Notes: a model not told the origin generated them from the letters alone. A stretch of 64,000 nt of DNA from Patescibacteria group bacterium (GCA_028692765.1 JAQUWT010000001.1:15695-79694), one strand, 5' to 3'; shown: positions 27,535 through 38,188, counted from the first letter of the stretch. Translations and numbers: made by a program.

Positions 27535-28929
27535 ATGGCTGAAGACTTAAAGTCACATGATTCCCTCTGGGATGACTATAATCAAGCCGATTACATGGCT
27601 CAAACCAAAAGCGGCCTGGACGAGGCTTTGGTGCGCCGTATTTCTGCGGAGAAAGAAGAGCCGGCTTGGATGCTGGCGAAGCGCTTGGAGTCCTTAAAGA
27701 TTTTTCAAGAAAAAGCTTTGCCGGCTTGGGGTCCGGATTTATCCCGCTTGAATCTGGATAAGATTACCTATTACGCCAAAGCGATGGAAGGGCAGGCGCA
27801 GAGCTGGGAGGATGTGCCGGCTGACATCAAAAATACTTTTGATAAGCTGGGAATTCCCAAGGCGGAGCAGGAAGTTTTAGCGGGTGTGGGCGCGCAGTAT
27901 GAATCAACCGTCGTCTATCATAATCTTAAAGCCGAGTTTAAACGCCAGGGCGTTATTTTTGAAGACATGGATTTGGCTTTAAAGAAGCACCCGGAATTGG
28001 TCGAGCCTTATTTTATGAGGGCGATGCCCAATACTCTGCATAAATTCGCCGCTTTGCACGGAGCGGTTTGGAGCGGCGGCACTTTTTTATATATTCCCGC
28101 CGGAGTGAAAATAAAAGAGCCTTTGCAAGCCTATTTCCGGATGAACGCCAAAGGAATGGGTCAATTTGAACATACCTTGATTATCGTTGAAAGCGGCGCT
28201 CAAGCGCATTATATTGAAGGTTGCAGCGCTCCCCGCTACGGCGTCGATTCTTTGCATGCCGGCGGAGTGGAAATTTATGTCAAAGAGGGTGCCCGTTTCC
28301 GCTACAGCAGCGTGGAGAGCTGGAGTAAGGATGCCTATAATTTAAATACGAAGCGGGCAATCGTGGAGAAAAAAGCGCACATGGAATGGGTGGGCGGTAA
28401 TTTCGGTAGTAACGTGACGATGCTCTATCCTTGTTCTATTCTTGTCGGCGAGGGGGCGAGCGCCGACCATCTCGGCGTCGCTTTTGCCAACGAGGGCCAA
28501 ACTCAAGATACCGGCGCCAAAGTCATCCACGCCGCTAAAGATACCAGTTCTAACATCGTGATGAAAAGTATCAGCAAGGGCGGTGGCAAGGCGATTTATC
28601 GCGGCTTGGTGGAAGTCGGTCCGCAGGCCGAAGGCGCCGCCGTCTCCGTAAAATGCGATGCCTTGATTTTAGACGAATTGTCGGTTTCCGACACGATTCC
28701 GGTAATGAAAATCAATAATCCAAGTGCCACTATCGCTCATGAAGCCAGCGCCGGCAAAATCAACGAAGAAGATTTATTCTATCTGCGCAGTCGCGGTTTG
28801 AAAGAAGCGGAAGCGGCCGCTATGCTGGTTAACGGTTTTATCGAGCCGATTACCAAGGAATTGCCTTTGGAGTATTCGGTGGAAATGAACCGGATGGTGG
28901 AATTGGAAATGGAAAATAGCGTCGGTTAA
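27535..28929 (+). CDS. sufB: Fe-S assembly protein SufB
   Basis: GAQYES, GQFEHTLI, YIEGCSAP, HEASAGKI, FYLRSRG. Confidence 0.96.
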   Translation: MAEDLKSHDSLWDDYNQADYMAQTKSGLDEALVRRISAEKEEPAWMLAKRLESLKIFQEKALPAWGPDLSRLNLDKITYYAKAMEGQAQSWEDVPADIKNTFDKLGIPKAEQEVLAGVGAQYESTVVYHNLKAEFKRQGVIFEDMDLALKKHPELVEPYFMRAMPNTLHKFAALHGAVWSGGTFLYIPAGVKIKEPLQAYFRMNAKGMGQFEHTLIIVESGAQAHYIEGCSAPRYGVDSLHAGGVEIYVKEGARFRYSSVESWSKDAYNLNTKRAIVEKKAHMEWVGGNFGSNVTMLYPCSILVGEGASADHLGVAFANEGQTQDTGAKVIHAAKDTSSNIVMKSISKGGGKAIYRGLVEVGPQAEGAAVSVKCDALILDELSVSDTIPVMKINNPSATIAHEASAGKINEEDLFYLRSRGLKEAEAAAMLVNGFIEPITKELPLEYSVEMNRMVELEMENSVG

Positions 28930-28934
28930 TATCT

Positions 28935-29681
28935 ATGAATAATTTTTTAGAATTAAAAGCGGAAGAGGAAATCAAGCTGGCCGGCGGCCGGCCGTCTTTG
29001 TTGATAGAGCGCTGGTCTCAGAGTCCGGCTTTAGCTAAGCGTAAATTTTTTCTTGAAGCCGGCGCTGAAGCCAGCTATCTATTGATTGTCGATAAGCCTG
29101 TCGAGATTGACGCGCTTGAACGCCGGTGGCTTGTCGGCCCCGGCGCCAAAGTTAATTTATATTATCTTTTTTTGGAGCCGCTTAAAACGGAAATTAAATT
29201 TATCCATGATATCGGCGCCGGCGCTATTGTTAATAGTAATTCTTTATTTTTGGGCAATGATAATGATGATTGGCATATCCAAGCTTATTATAATTTCCAA
29301 GATAAGGACAGCTTCGGCCGGGTTAAGGTAGAGGCGTCTTTGCGCGAACAGGCGCATCTGGATTATGCCGCCAATATGAATGTGTCGCCGGCGGCGCAGA
29401 AAAGCGATACCAGAGTCGATATGCGTTTATATCTGGAGGGGAAGGCGCGCGGTCAAGTTATTCCCGGCCTTAATATCGCCGCCAATGACGTTAAAGCCGG
29501 GCACAGCGCCAGCACTTTCAAATTGGCTCCGGAAGACTTGTTTTATCTGCAGAGCCGCGGCTTGTCTCCGGCTGATATCAAAAAAATGTTAAGCTTGTCT
29601 TTGGCGAAAAATTTTATCCAGGGTTTTCCCGATGAAGCTTTAAGCAAAGAAGTCTTAGATTTAATTTCGGTTAATTTATGA
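28935..29681 (+). CDS. sufD: Fe-S assembly protein SufD (short)
   Basis: AQKSD, PGLNIAANDVKAGHSA, FYLQSRGL; operon position. Confidence 0.88.
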   Translation: MNNFLELKAEEEIKLAGGRPSLLIERWSQSPALAKRKFFLEAGAEASYLLIVDKPVEIDALERRWLVGPGAKVNLYYLFLEPLKTEIKFIHDIGAGAIVNSNSLFLGNDNDDWHIQAYYNFQDKDSFGRVKVEASLREQAHLDYAANMNVSPAAQKSDTRVDMRLYLEGKARGQVIPGLNIAANDVKAGHSASTFKLAPEDLFYLQSRGLSPADIKKMLSLSLAKNFIQGFPDEALSKEVLDLISVNL

Positions 29682-30889
29682 AAGATTATCGCTTAGATTT
29701 TCCTTTGTTGAAAAGGAAATATAATAATCAGCCCCTGGTGTATTTTGACAATGCCGCTACCGCGCCCAAGCCGCAGGCGGTGATTGCCGCCGTTAACGAT
29801 TATTACCATTTGCATAACGCCAATGTCCATCGCGGCCCTAATTTTTTATCCGAGGAAGCGACTTTATTGTATGAAGGCGCCAGGAAGAAGGTGGCCGATT
29901 TTATCGGGGCGGATAAAGAGGAAATTATCTTTACTGCCGGTACGACCGCCGGCCTTAATCTTTTGGCCAGGGCTTGGGGCGAGAATAATTTAAAAGCCGG
30001 CGATATTGTCGCTTTAAGCCGGGCCGAACATCACGCCAATATTGTTCCTTGGCTGCAGCTGAAGGAAAAGCTCGGTATTGTTTTAGAATATATCGATGTG
30101 AAGTCCGACGGCGCTTTTGACGAGCTTAGTTTGGACAAAATTTTTGACCAGCCTCGTCTGCGCGTTTTAAGCATCACTCAAGCTTCCAATGTTCTCGGCC
30201 AGTTTTATGATTTAAAATCAATCTTGGCGCGGGCGCAAGCGCGCGGAGTTTTAACGATTGTGGACGCGGCCCAAAGCATTGCCCATCGCCCGCTCGATGT
30301 CAGGTCTTTTGATTGCGATTTTCTAGTTTTTTCCGGCCATAAGCTTTTTGCGCCTGCGGGCCTCGGCGTTCTTTATGGACGCCGGGATTTATTGGACAAG
30401 CTGCCGCCGTTTTTGGGCGGCGGCGGCATGATTTCCGAGGTGAAGGAGCAGTCTTTTTCTCCTTTGGCAGACAGCCTGAAGCTGGAGGCGGGTACGCCCA
30501 ATATTGAAGGCGCTATCGCTTTGGGGGCGGCTTGCGATTATTTGCGGGAAATATCCTGGCCGGCAATAATCGAGCGAGAAGAAGTTTTAGTGGATTATTT
30601 TTTTAAGAAATTAGAGACTTGCGATTTTGTCCGTCTCTTGGGAGGAAGGTCCGGCCGTTTACCTCTTTTCGCTTTAGATCTTCAGGGTTTTCATCCTCAT
30701 GATGCCGCTGATTTGCTCGGCGAACAGGGAATTGTTACCCGCGCTGGCCATCATTGCGCCCAGCCTTTGCATGACGCTTTGGAAGTGAGCTCCAGCTTGC
30801 GCGCCAGCTTGTCTTTTTATAACACGACTGCGGAAATAGATATTTTTTTCCGGACCCTGCAGTCGATTAAAAAATCTTTTTCTTTCTAA
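29678..30889 (+). CDS. sufS: Cysteine desulfurase SufS
   Basis: YFDNAAT, EHHAN, FSGHK, RAGHHCAQP. Confidence 0.96.
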   Translation: MKDYRLDFPLLKRKYNNQPLVYFDNAATAPKPQAVIAAVNDYYHLHNANVHRGPNFLSEEATLLYEGARKKVADFIGADKEEIIFTAGTTAGLNLLARAWGENNLKAGDIVALSRAEHHANIVPWLQLKEKLGIVLEYIDVKSDGAFDELSLDKIFDQPRLRVLSITQASNVLGQFYDLKSILARAQARGVLTIVDAAQSIAHRPLDVRSFDCDFLVFSGHKLFAPAGLGVLYGRRDLLDKLPPFLGGGGMISEVKEQSFSPLADSLKLEAGTPNIEGAIALGAACDYLREISWPAIIEREEVLVDYFFKKLETCDFVRLLGGRSGRLPLFALDLQGFHPHDAADLLGEQGIVTRAGHHCAQPLHDALEVSSSLRASLSFYNTTAEIDIFFRTLQSIKKSFSF

Positions 30890-30890
30890 T

Positions 30891-31268
30891 ATGGATATTT
30901 ACGCTAAGAACATTCTTGATCACTATCAGTGTCCGCGGCATCGGGGAGAGATGCCTTCAGCCGACGCTTGTTCGCGCGAGCTTAATCGCAGTTGCGGCGA
31001 CGAGATAACCGTTTATGTAAAAATAAAAGACGGCGTTGTAAGCGCCATCTCTTTTACGGGTAAGGGCTGCGCTATTTCCACGGCTGCCATTTCTATTTTA
31101 AGCGAAGAGCTTGTCGGCCGGAATAAGGATGAAATCTTAAAGATGGATATTGAAGATATCCGCAAGATATTGGGCATTGAAATCAGCTGGCGGCGGGAAA
31201 AGTGCGCCATTATCGGTTTGTGCGCTCTGCAGGGAGCTTTGCGCGCTTCTGAGAAAAACGCATCTTGA
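30891..31268 (+). CDS. sufU: SufU/IscU-type scaffold
   Basis: DHY..PRHRG, NRSCGD, GCAIS, REKCA. Confidence 0.92.
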   Translation: MDIYAKNILDHYQCPRHRGEMPSADACSRELNRSCGDEITVYVKIKDGVVSAISFTGKGCAISTAAISILSEELVGRNKDEILKMDIEDIRKILGIEISWRREKCAIIGLCALQGALRASEKNAS

Positions 31269-31270
31269 TT

Positions 31271-31861
31271 ATGGTGTTAAATGCCCGGGCTTTGCGCCGT
31301 TTGTCTCCCGCGGAAGCGGAAAAAATTCGCGGCAAAAAATCGCGCCAAGATATTTATTTGATTTTAGAAGATGTTCTGGATACATATAATATCGGCGGAT
31401 TTTTTCGTCTAGCCGATGCGGTCGGCGCCAAAGCCGTCTATCTTTGCGGCGCCTGCGCGACGCCGCCTAATCATCGCATCGTTAAAGCTTCGGTCGGCAC
31501 TTACCAGCTTGTGCCTTGGCAATATTTTTCCGATTCGCTTGAAGCGATTAGAGAGCTTAAAACCTTAGGCGTCTCTATTTTTGCCGTTGAACAAACAAAA
31601 ACAGCCCGCGATTATCGGCGAGCTGATTACGTCGGTCCGGTCGCTTTTTTATTCGGCAATGAAAGCTACGGACTTGGGGACGAAGCTTTAGAGGCGGTTG
31701 ACGGGTGCGTGGAAATTCCGATGTATGGATTCAATAAATCTTTAAATGTAATGGTAGCGGCCGGCATCGTCCTTTACGAGGCTCTCAACCGTTTTCACTC
31801 TTTTCCTGTTCGGCGTTCAATCTTAGCCAGGCTTCTTCCTTGTCGGCGATGGCGCGCTTGA
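31271..31861 (+). CDS. TrmH/SpoU RNA methyltransferase
   Basis: YNIGGFFR, FGNESYG, IPMYG..KSLNV. Confidence 0.92.
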   Translation: MVLNARALRRLSPAEAEKIRGKKSRQDIYLILEDVLDTYNIGGFFRLADAVGAKAVYLCGACATPPNHRIVKASVGTYQLVPWQYFSDSLEAIRELKTLGVSIFAVEQTKTARDYRRADYVGPVAFLFGNESYGLGDEALEAVDGCVEIPMYGFNKSLNVMVAAGIVLYEALNRFHSFPVRRSILARLLPCRRWRA

Positions 31862-33560
31862 TGTCCTCCAGTTCCTGAGTTTTTTCCGGACTATATTCCT
31901 GATAATGCTCCAAAAAATAAGTAAGCAATTCTTGCTTGTAGGCCTGCATTTTTTCCAATTCCTTTTCCAGGGATTGGATTTTTTTCTGCCTGTCTTTGTT
32001 TGCCAGATAGCGGGCGCGTTCCGCCATTTTAACTGTTTCTGCGGGAAGCCCGTTGTCCTCGGTTTGAGACCAGAGCTTTTTTTCCAGATTGATAATATAA
32101 TCATCGTAATCTTCATGGAGGCGCTTTGCCCGGCCTTGGCTTATTTCCACGATGCCGGTGGCGATTAGGCTAGAAAATGTCCGGTCATGGCTAGCAAAGA
32201 GCAGGGTGCCGTTGAATTTTTTTAAAGCCATTGCCAAGGCTTCGGTCGTTTCAAAGTCGAGATGGCAGCTGGGTTCGTCGAGCAGGAGGATGTCCGGTTT
32301 CGATAGCAAAAGTCCGGCCAGCAGCAGGCGCGAACGCTCGCCTCCGGAAAGGACGCTTATCGGTTTTTTTAATTCTTCATCGCGGAATAAAAAATCGCCG
32401 GCCATTTTTAAAACGGCTTCAGTTTTTAATTCGGCGGAAGCCAGGCGCCGCAAAAAATCTCCGGCTTGCTCCTGGCCGTTCATCATTTCCATTTCTTCCT
32501 GTCCGTGATAGGCGATGCGGCTGGCGGCGGCAAAGCGGAAAGAGCCGTTAAGGGCGGGAATGCGCCCGCTAAGAGTTTTAAGCAGAGTGGTTTTGCCTTG
32601 TCCGTTTAAACCCAGAATCACTAATTTTTCTCCGGAGCGGCAATCAAAATCAATATCGCTGACGACTGTGCTGTTACCGTAGCCGATGTCCAGATTATTT
32701 ATTTTAAGGGCGAAGTTATGGCGTTTGGCGACGGGTATCATATTTATCCTGGTGATGCCCGCTTGGTGTTCGATGCTTATTCTTTTTGTTTCCAGCTTAT
32801 TTATTTTTCGAATCATCGCTTGCGCCTGTTTGGCCTTTGAATCTTTGGAGCGGAAACGGTCGACGAATTCCTGCCAATGCTGTTGCTGCCTTTCCAAGCT
32901 TTCATTAGCTTTTATAATCGTTTCCAACTTCTTTTCTTTGAAAGCCAGATAGGCTTCAATATCGCCGGGATAGTGATAGCAGCCGTTTTTGGAAATTTCG
33001 ATAGTTTCTTTGCAGGTGCGTTTTAAGAACTCGCGGTCGTGGGAGATTATCATAAAGCTGCCGCGATAGGCTTGCAGATATTTTTCCAAAAGCAGGAGGG
33101 TGTTGAGGTCGAGATAATTGCTGGGTTCATCCAAGAGAAATATATTCGGGTCCTTCAGGAGCATGCCGCTAAGTTTCAGGCGCATGCGCCAGCCACCGGA
33201 TAGGCTGGAGGCTTCTTGCGCCAGTTTGTCCCGTCCGAGTTCGAATTTGCTGGCCAGCTGGCGGACGCGCCATTCCGGCCGGGAGCTTTGCCTTTGCAGA
33301 TAGGCCAAGGCGCTTTCATTTTCGCGCCAATCGTCATTTTGGCGGAGATAGCCGATGTTGGTTTCTTCGTTGATAATCAATTCGCCGCTGTCGCTCGCTT
33401 CTTCGCCGCTGAGGATTTTAAAAAGCGTAGATTTGCCGGCGCCGTTACGGCCGATAACACCGATTTTTTGTTTTTCGGATACGGCGAAAGAAAGGCCGCT
33501 GAATATTTTCTGGCCGCTATATTCTTTGCTCAAATTGCTGGTTTGGATAAGAATGGGCAT
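31785..33560 (-). CDS. ABC-F family ATPase
   Basis: Two NBDs (GRNGAGKST, LSGG, LDEP; GLNGQGKT) with linker, no TM. Confidence 0.93.
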   Translation of the reverse strand: MPILIQTSNLSKEYSGQKIFSGLSFAVSEKQKIGVIGRNGAGKSTLFKILSGEEASDSGELIINEETNIGYLRQNDDWRENESALAYLQRQSSRPEWRVRQLASKFELGRDKLAQEASSLSGGWRMRLKLSGMLLKDPNIFLLDEPSNYLDLNTLLLLEKYLQAYRGSFMIISHDREFLKRTCKETIEISKNGCYHYPGDIEAYLAFKEKKLETIIKANESLERQQQHWQEFVDRFRSKDSKAKQAQAMIRKINKLETKRISIEHQAGITRINMIPVAKRHNFALKINNLDIGYGNSTVVSDIDFDCRSGEKLVILGLNGQGKTTLLKTLSGRIPALNGSFRFAAASRIAYHGQEEMEMMNGQEQAGDFLRRLASAELKTEAVLKMAGDFLFRDEELKKPISVLSGGERSRLLLAGLLLSKPDILLLDEPSCHLDFETTEALAMALKKFNGTLLFASHDRTFSSLIATGIVEISQGRAKRLHEDYDDYIINLEKKLWSQTEDNGLPAETVKMAERARYLANKDRQKKIQSLEKELEKMQAYKQELLTYFLEHYQEYSPEKTQELEDIKRAIADKEEAWLRLNAEQEKSENG

Positions 33561-33562
33561 AT

Positions 33563-34066
33563 TTATTCCGTTTCGATGCCGATGATTTTATAAATTTTTT
33601 CTTGTCCGTTAATTTGTATTTTAATTTCTTCTCCCAATTTTTTTCCGAGCAGGCCGGCGCCGAGCGGGGAATTATGGGAAATAATGCCATCGGCGGGATT
33701 GCTTTCGCTGGCGCCGAGAATGGTATATTGCTTTTCTTTGCCCGCGCTGACGATGGTGACTTTGTGGCCGATTTTGACCGAGTCGATATCTCTATCCGGC
33801 AGGATTATCTCGGCGCGCTTGAGCAGATTCTCCAAATCTAAAATACGCTGGTTCAGGCCGCGTAATCTGCCTTTGGCTAATTGATAGCCGGCATTTTCGG
33901 AAAAGTCGCCCATTTCCGCCAGCCTTTTTACTTCCGCCGCTTCTTGCGGATGGCGCGCTTTCAAGCGGGCAAGCTTGTGCTGCAATTCTTCATATTTTTT
34001 TGGACTGAGATGATAGTCGGTGGCGGTAAAAAGACGGGCATCGCCTTTACGTTTAGGTAATTGCAT
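33563..34066 (-). CDS. greA: GreA/GreB transcription elongation factor
   Basis: GDFSENAGY, ISHNSPLG; start at MQLPKRK. Confidence 0.88.
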   Translation of the reverse strand: MQLPKRKGDARLFTATDYHLSPKKYEELQHKLARLKARHPQEAAEVKRLAEMGDFSENAGYQLAKGRLRGLNQRILDLENLLKRAEIILPDRDIDSVKIGHKVTIVSAGKEKQYTILGASESNPADGIISHNSPLGAGLLGKKLGEEIKIQINGQEKIYKIIGIETE

Positions 34067-34182
34067 AAGATTGATGATTATAGCTTTATAATAAGACATG
34101 CACCTTTGAAAGGCAATATTTATGGCTGGCGTTTCTTATTTTAACAAAAGATGCTAAAATTATATTAAATCAATCTATTTTT

Positions 34183-34758
34183 ATGAAAATTAAATTTTCC
34201 CGCCCGGTTCTTTATTTCGGGCTCATATTATTAGCTCTAGCCGCTGTCTTCTTACTTAATCGTTTTTGGCCATCGTCTCCGGGCGCGGAAAATAGCGCTG
34301 CTCCAATGATGCTGGATGAACAAACTCCGGGCGCAGGCGTTCCGGAAATGCTGCCGGAGTTTGCTCCGCCTGATGTTCCGTCGGAAAACGAGGTTTTTGT
34401 CGACCCGATGGCGCTCGAAGCGGGCGAAGCGGCAGTGGCTAATCCCGCTTCCGCTAATTGTGTAGAACAGGGAGGAGATGTCCATATTCAAAATCGCGGC
34501 GACGGCGGACAGTTCGGCCTTTGCTATTTCGAAGATAATAGAGCCTGCGAAGAATGGGCGCTGTTGCGGGGCGATTGCCCGGTAGGCGGCCGGCGGACCA
34601 CCGGTTATGATACCGAAGCACAAAAATATTGCGCTTGGCTAGGCGGCGAAGTTCTGGCGGAAACAGACGCAGTTTGTACTTTGCCGGACGGACGTCGCTG
34701 TTTGGCGGCTGATCTTTATCAGGGCTATGATTGTCCGGTAGCGGCTTCTCGAAATTAG
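34183..34758 (+). CDS. DUF333 (putative hemolysin-like) exported protein
   Basis: N-terminal TM; ANPASANCVEQGG...CEEWAL.RG.C and a second repeat AQKYCAWLGG. Confidence 0.85.
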   Translation: MKIKFSRPVLYFGLILLALAAVFLLNRFWPSSPGAENSAAPMMLDEQTPGAGVPEMLPEFAPPDVPSENEVFVDPMALEAGEAAVANPASANCVEQGGDVHIQNRGDGGQFGLCYFEDNRACEEWALLRGDCPVGGRRTTGYDTEAQKYCAWLGGEVLAETDAVCTLPDGRRCLAADLYQGYDCPVAASRN

Positions 34759-34873
34759 GCGCGGGCATTTATTTGACTTATATTCTATTTTTGTGTTATA
34801 TTAAAGACAGGATATGCTTCTCCATCTTATTATTTTATAATCGTTGAAGTGGCTCTATAGCCGCTTATTTTTT

Positions 34874-36652
34874 ATGTCAAAGAATGAAATATCGTCTTCG
34901 GAAGCCAAGCTGGACTTTTCTGGTTTAGGAATCAAGGACTCAATTTTAAAAGTGATTGCCGATTTGGGGTTGAGTACTCCCACCCCCATTCAGCATCAAG
35001 CCATTCCTGCGGCTTTAAGCGGGGAAGATATTGTCGGGATTGCCCAGACGGGTACCGGCAAGACTTTTGCGTTTGGCATCCCCATGCTTCAGCGCCTGGC
35101 GACAGTGAAGGGGCGCGGTCTGATTTTATTGCCGACGCGTGAATTAGCCGGACAAGTGGAAAATAGTCTGCGCAGCTTGGGCGGACCTCTGGGCTTGCGG
35201 ACCGCCGCTTTAATCGGCGGCGAAGCTATCGGCCGCCAGTTAAATGCTTTGCGCCGTCGCCCTCATATTTTAGTGGCGACGCCAGGGCGCTTAATCGATC
35301 ACCTTAAGCGCGGTTCTGTCCGCTTGGATGATATTTCCGTTTTAGTTTTGGATGAAGCGGATATGATGTTTGATATGGGTTTTGCTCCGCAGATTGAAGA
35401 AGTTCTCAAAAAAGTTCCCGCCAATCGCCAGACCCTTTTGTTTTCCGCCACCATGCCGGCGGCGGTGATGAAATTAGCGGAAAAGCACTTGCGGGCGCCG
35501 GTCAGGATTGAGGTTTCTCCTGCCGGGACGACGGCCGAATTGGTTGAACAGGAAATGCTGCTTTTGCCTCGCGATAGCCGCCTTGAACAATTGCTGCTGC
35601 TATTAAAAGATTACAAGAATTCAGTTTTAATTTTTGTCCGTACTAAGCACGGCGCTTCTAAATTGGCTAAGAAGCTGCAGGCGGAGAAGTATCAGGCAGC
35701 GGAAATCCATTCCAATCTTTCTTTCCCGCAAAGACAGGCGGCTTTAGCCGGTTTCCGCAGCGGCCAGCACCGTATTTTAGTGGCTACCGATGTAGCGGCG
35801 CGGGGCTTGGATATAAACGGTATTGAATTGGTAGTTAATTTTGATTTGCCCGATAATTCTGAGGATTATGTGCACCGTATCGGCCGGACCGCCAGAGCGG
35901 GCAGAAAGGGAAAAGCGGTTTCTTTTGTCGCCCCCGATCAAATCAGGGAAATCCAGAAAATTGAACGTCTTATCCGCCAGACCTTGCCCGTACGCCGGAT
36001 TGGCGCTGTGTCCGCCAAGAATCGCGGCCCGGTAGATAGGCCCGCCTCTTACAAGGCCAAGGAAAAATTAAGAGAGGGTACAAAATTTGTACAGACGCGC
36101 CCCCGCCGGTCTATTAATGGGCGTCCGGCGGCCAGAGAAAAATATGAAAGTCTCGGTTTTAGCAAGCGCTCGGAAAATATTGATGTAACCTCTACTCCCG
36201 ACTATTTGCAGCCGCGTCTTAGGAAAAATGGCAGAAATGCCGCCAAACGCCAGCCTTCTTTTGGACCTTCATCAGACTTCTCTAAGAAAAATGATAAAAG
36301 AAAAGTGCCACGTGCAGGGCGCGAGAATAGAATTTCTACCAAGGATGGGCACTATGAATCAATTCCTCCGATTGTCAACCCGACTTTTGAAGGCGGCAAT
36401 CGCTATGCCTTCCGTCGCGCCATGTATCTTTTAAAAGAAGAAGCCAAGGGTCGTCCTGTCAAAAGAAAAACATCTTCTTCCAAGCCTGAGCGCGAGAGCT
36501 TAAATACGGTTGGCCGCCATCCCCTTCAAGTCGGTGTGCGCGCTTCCGGATTTAAGATTTTCAAGGGAGCCAGCGATTCGGCTCCGCGTGCCGAGTCGGG
36601 CCGTTCGGCTTTTAAAGCAAAAACTTTTAAGCCGCGCTTTAAACGAAAATAA
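34874..36652 (+). CDS. DEAD-box RNA helicase with long basic C-terminal tail
   Basis: AQTGTGKT, PTREL, DEAD, SAT, HRIGRTAR. Confidence 0.96.
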   Translation: MSKNEISSSEAKLDFSGLGIKDSILKVIADLGLSTPTPIQHQAIPAALSGEDIVGIAQTGTGKTFAFGIPMLQRLATVKGRGLILLPTRELAGQVENSLRSLGGPLGLRTAALIGGEAIGRQLNALRRRPHILVATPGRLIDHLKRGSVRLDDISVLVLDEADMMFDMGFAPQIEEVLKKVPANRQTLLFSATMPAAVMKLAEKHLRAPVRIEVSPAGTTAELVEQEMLLLPRDSRLEQLLLLLKDYKNSVLIFVRTKHGASKLAKKLQAEKYQAAEIHSNLSFPQRQAALAGFRSGQHRILVATDVAARGLDINGIELVVNFDLPDNSEDYVHRIGRTARAGRKGKAVSFVAPDQIREIQKIERLIRQTLPVRRIGAVSAKNRGPVDRPASYKAKEKLREGTKFVQTRPRRSINGRPAAREKYESLGFSKRSENIDVTSTPDYLQPRLRKNGRNAAKRQPSFGPSSDFSKKNDKRKVPRAGRENRISTKDGHYESIPPIVNPTFEGGNRYAFRRAMYLLKEEAKGRPVKRKTSSSKPERESLNTVGRHPLQVGVRASGFKIFKGASDSAPRAESGRSAFKAKTFKPRFKRK

Positions 36653-36660
36653 ATTATGAG

Positions 36661-36690
36661 CAAGCCGCCGCTTTTAAAGCGGCGGCTTTT
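36661..36690 (+). terminator. Intrinsic terminator
   Basis: aagccgccgc-tttta-aagcggcggcttt hairpin. Confidence 0.7.
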
Positions 36691-36750
36691 ATATTAGCTT
36701 GATTAAAAATAATGTTTTATAATATGAATATTGAGTTATAATAATTTTTT

Positions 36751-37623
36751 ATGTCAATTTCCTTATTTTCATTTCCTATTGCCAAGAATATGAAGCTAAA
36801 TGGTGTTTGGCTGGGAACAGCCAAGCCGGAAACGCTCTATATATTTATCCATGGGCTTGGCGGCAGCGTTTTTTCCCGGTCGCCTTTAACGACTCGTTTG
36901 GCTTCCGGGCGAGAGGCGGTTTTAGCTTTCAATAATCGCGGTTCCGGTACGATTAATTATTTAAAACAGGGGCGAGGCAAAAGTAAAAAATATTTTCCCG
37001 CCGGCGTAGCGCATGAAGTGTTTAGTGAGTGCCTGGATGATATCGACGGCGCCGTCGCTTATGCTCGCGCGCAAGGAGTGAAGCGGATTTTCTTGCTCGG
37101 CCATTCTACCGGTTGCCAGAAAAGCATTTATTATTTGGCCAAGCGTCCGAAAACAGCGGTTAGGGGAGCAGTTTTATTGGCGCCAATCAGCGATTACGCC
37201 GATGTTTTAAAGCCGGAAATGAAGCAAAAATACGGGCGTGCTTTAGCTATTGCCAAGCGCTTGAAAGCGCGCGGGCGTTTTCATGATTTATTGCCGGCGT
37301 CTGTTTGGCCGGCGCCTCTTGATGCCCAGCGTTTTCTCAGTTTATATACCCTTGAGAGTGCGGAAGAAATTTTTACTTATGCTTCCGGCAAGGAGCCGAG
37401 AACCTTGTTGGCTGTAAAGAAGCCGATATTAAGCCTCCTGGCCGAAGACGATGAATTTGCCGACCGTCCGGCATTAGAGATAAAAATGTGGTTTGATAAG
37501 AAATTAGCGGCCGGCAACAAGCGTAATCAAAGCGCCGTTATTAAAGGCGTAAGCCATGGCTTTGAAGGCGGGGAGAAAGAAGCCGCCGCTTTGATTCGTC
37601 TTTGGGCAAAAAGCGTTAAATGA
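36751..37623 (+). CDS. Alpha/beta hydrolase (DUF1749-like)
   Basis: FIHGLGG, GHSTGCQ nucleophile elbow, LAPISD, catalytic H near C-terminus. Confidence 0.88.
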   Translation: MSISLFSFPIAKNMKLNGVWLGTAKPETLYIFIHGLGGSVFSRSPLTTRLASGREAVLAFNNRGSGTINYLKQGRGKSKKYFPAGVAHEVFSECLDDIDGAVAYARAQGVKRIFLLGHSTGCQKSIYYLAKRPKTAVRGAVLLAPISDYADVLKPEMKQKYGRALAIAKRLKARGRFHDLLPASVWPAPLDAQRFLSLYTLESAEEIFTYASGKEPRTLLAVKKPILSLLAEDDEFADRPALEIKMWFDKKLAAGNKRNQSAVIKGVSHGFEGGEKEAAALIRLWAKSVK

Positions 37624-37645
37624 TTTAATTTTTCATATTGCCGCC

Positions 37646-38188
37646 ATGGATTCTGGAAATTTTGAAATACAAGTGGTGTTTAAAAGAGTGCGCCGTTCCC
37701 GGCATTTGCGCCTTAGTTTCGGGGCCGATGGACGTGTCTTATTAACCCGTCCTTTTTGGGTTTCTGAAAAAGTCGCGCGTGAATTTTTAAAATCTAAAGA
37801 AGCGTGGCTGCGGGAGCAATGGCAGAGATTACAGCTTAGTGAGGATAATTATTTCCGTCGTGGTGGAAGAGAAGATTATCTTAAACACAAGGAGAAAGCT
37901 CGTATTCTAGCGAGGGAGAGGTTGTCGTATTTTAATCAGTTTTATAATTTTAAGTTTAGCCGTGTAAGCATTCGCAATCAGCGCAGTCGCTGGGGCAGTT
38001 GTTCAAAAAGCGGAGGACTCAATTTTAATTATCGGATAATTTTTTTACCCCCTGATTTGGCCGATTATCTAATTGTCCATGAGCTCTGTCATTTGGGCGA
38101 ACTTAATCATAGTCTAGCTTTCTGGCGCTTAGTCGCCCAGACTATTCCCGATTATGAAAGTCGTCGCCGTTTGTTGCGGAAATTGTAG
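37646..38188 (+). CDS. YgjP/DUF45 (M48-like) Zn metallohydrolase
   Basis: RWGSCS, HELCH...NHS..FW. Confidence 0.92.
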   Translation: MDSGNFEIQVVFKRVRRSRHLRLSFGADGRVLLTRPFWVSEKVAREFLKSKEAWLREQWQRLQLSEDNYFRRGGREDYLKHKEKARILARERLSYFNQFYNFKFSRVSIRNQRSRWGSCSKSGGLNFNYRIIFLPPDLADYLIVHELCHLGELNHSLAFWRLVAQTIPDYESRRRLLRKL

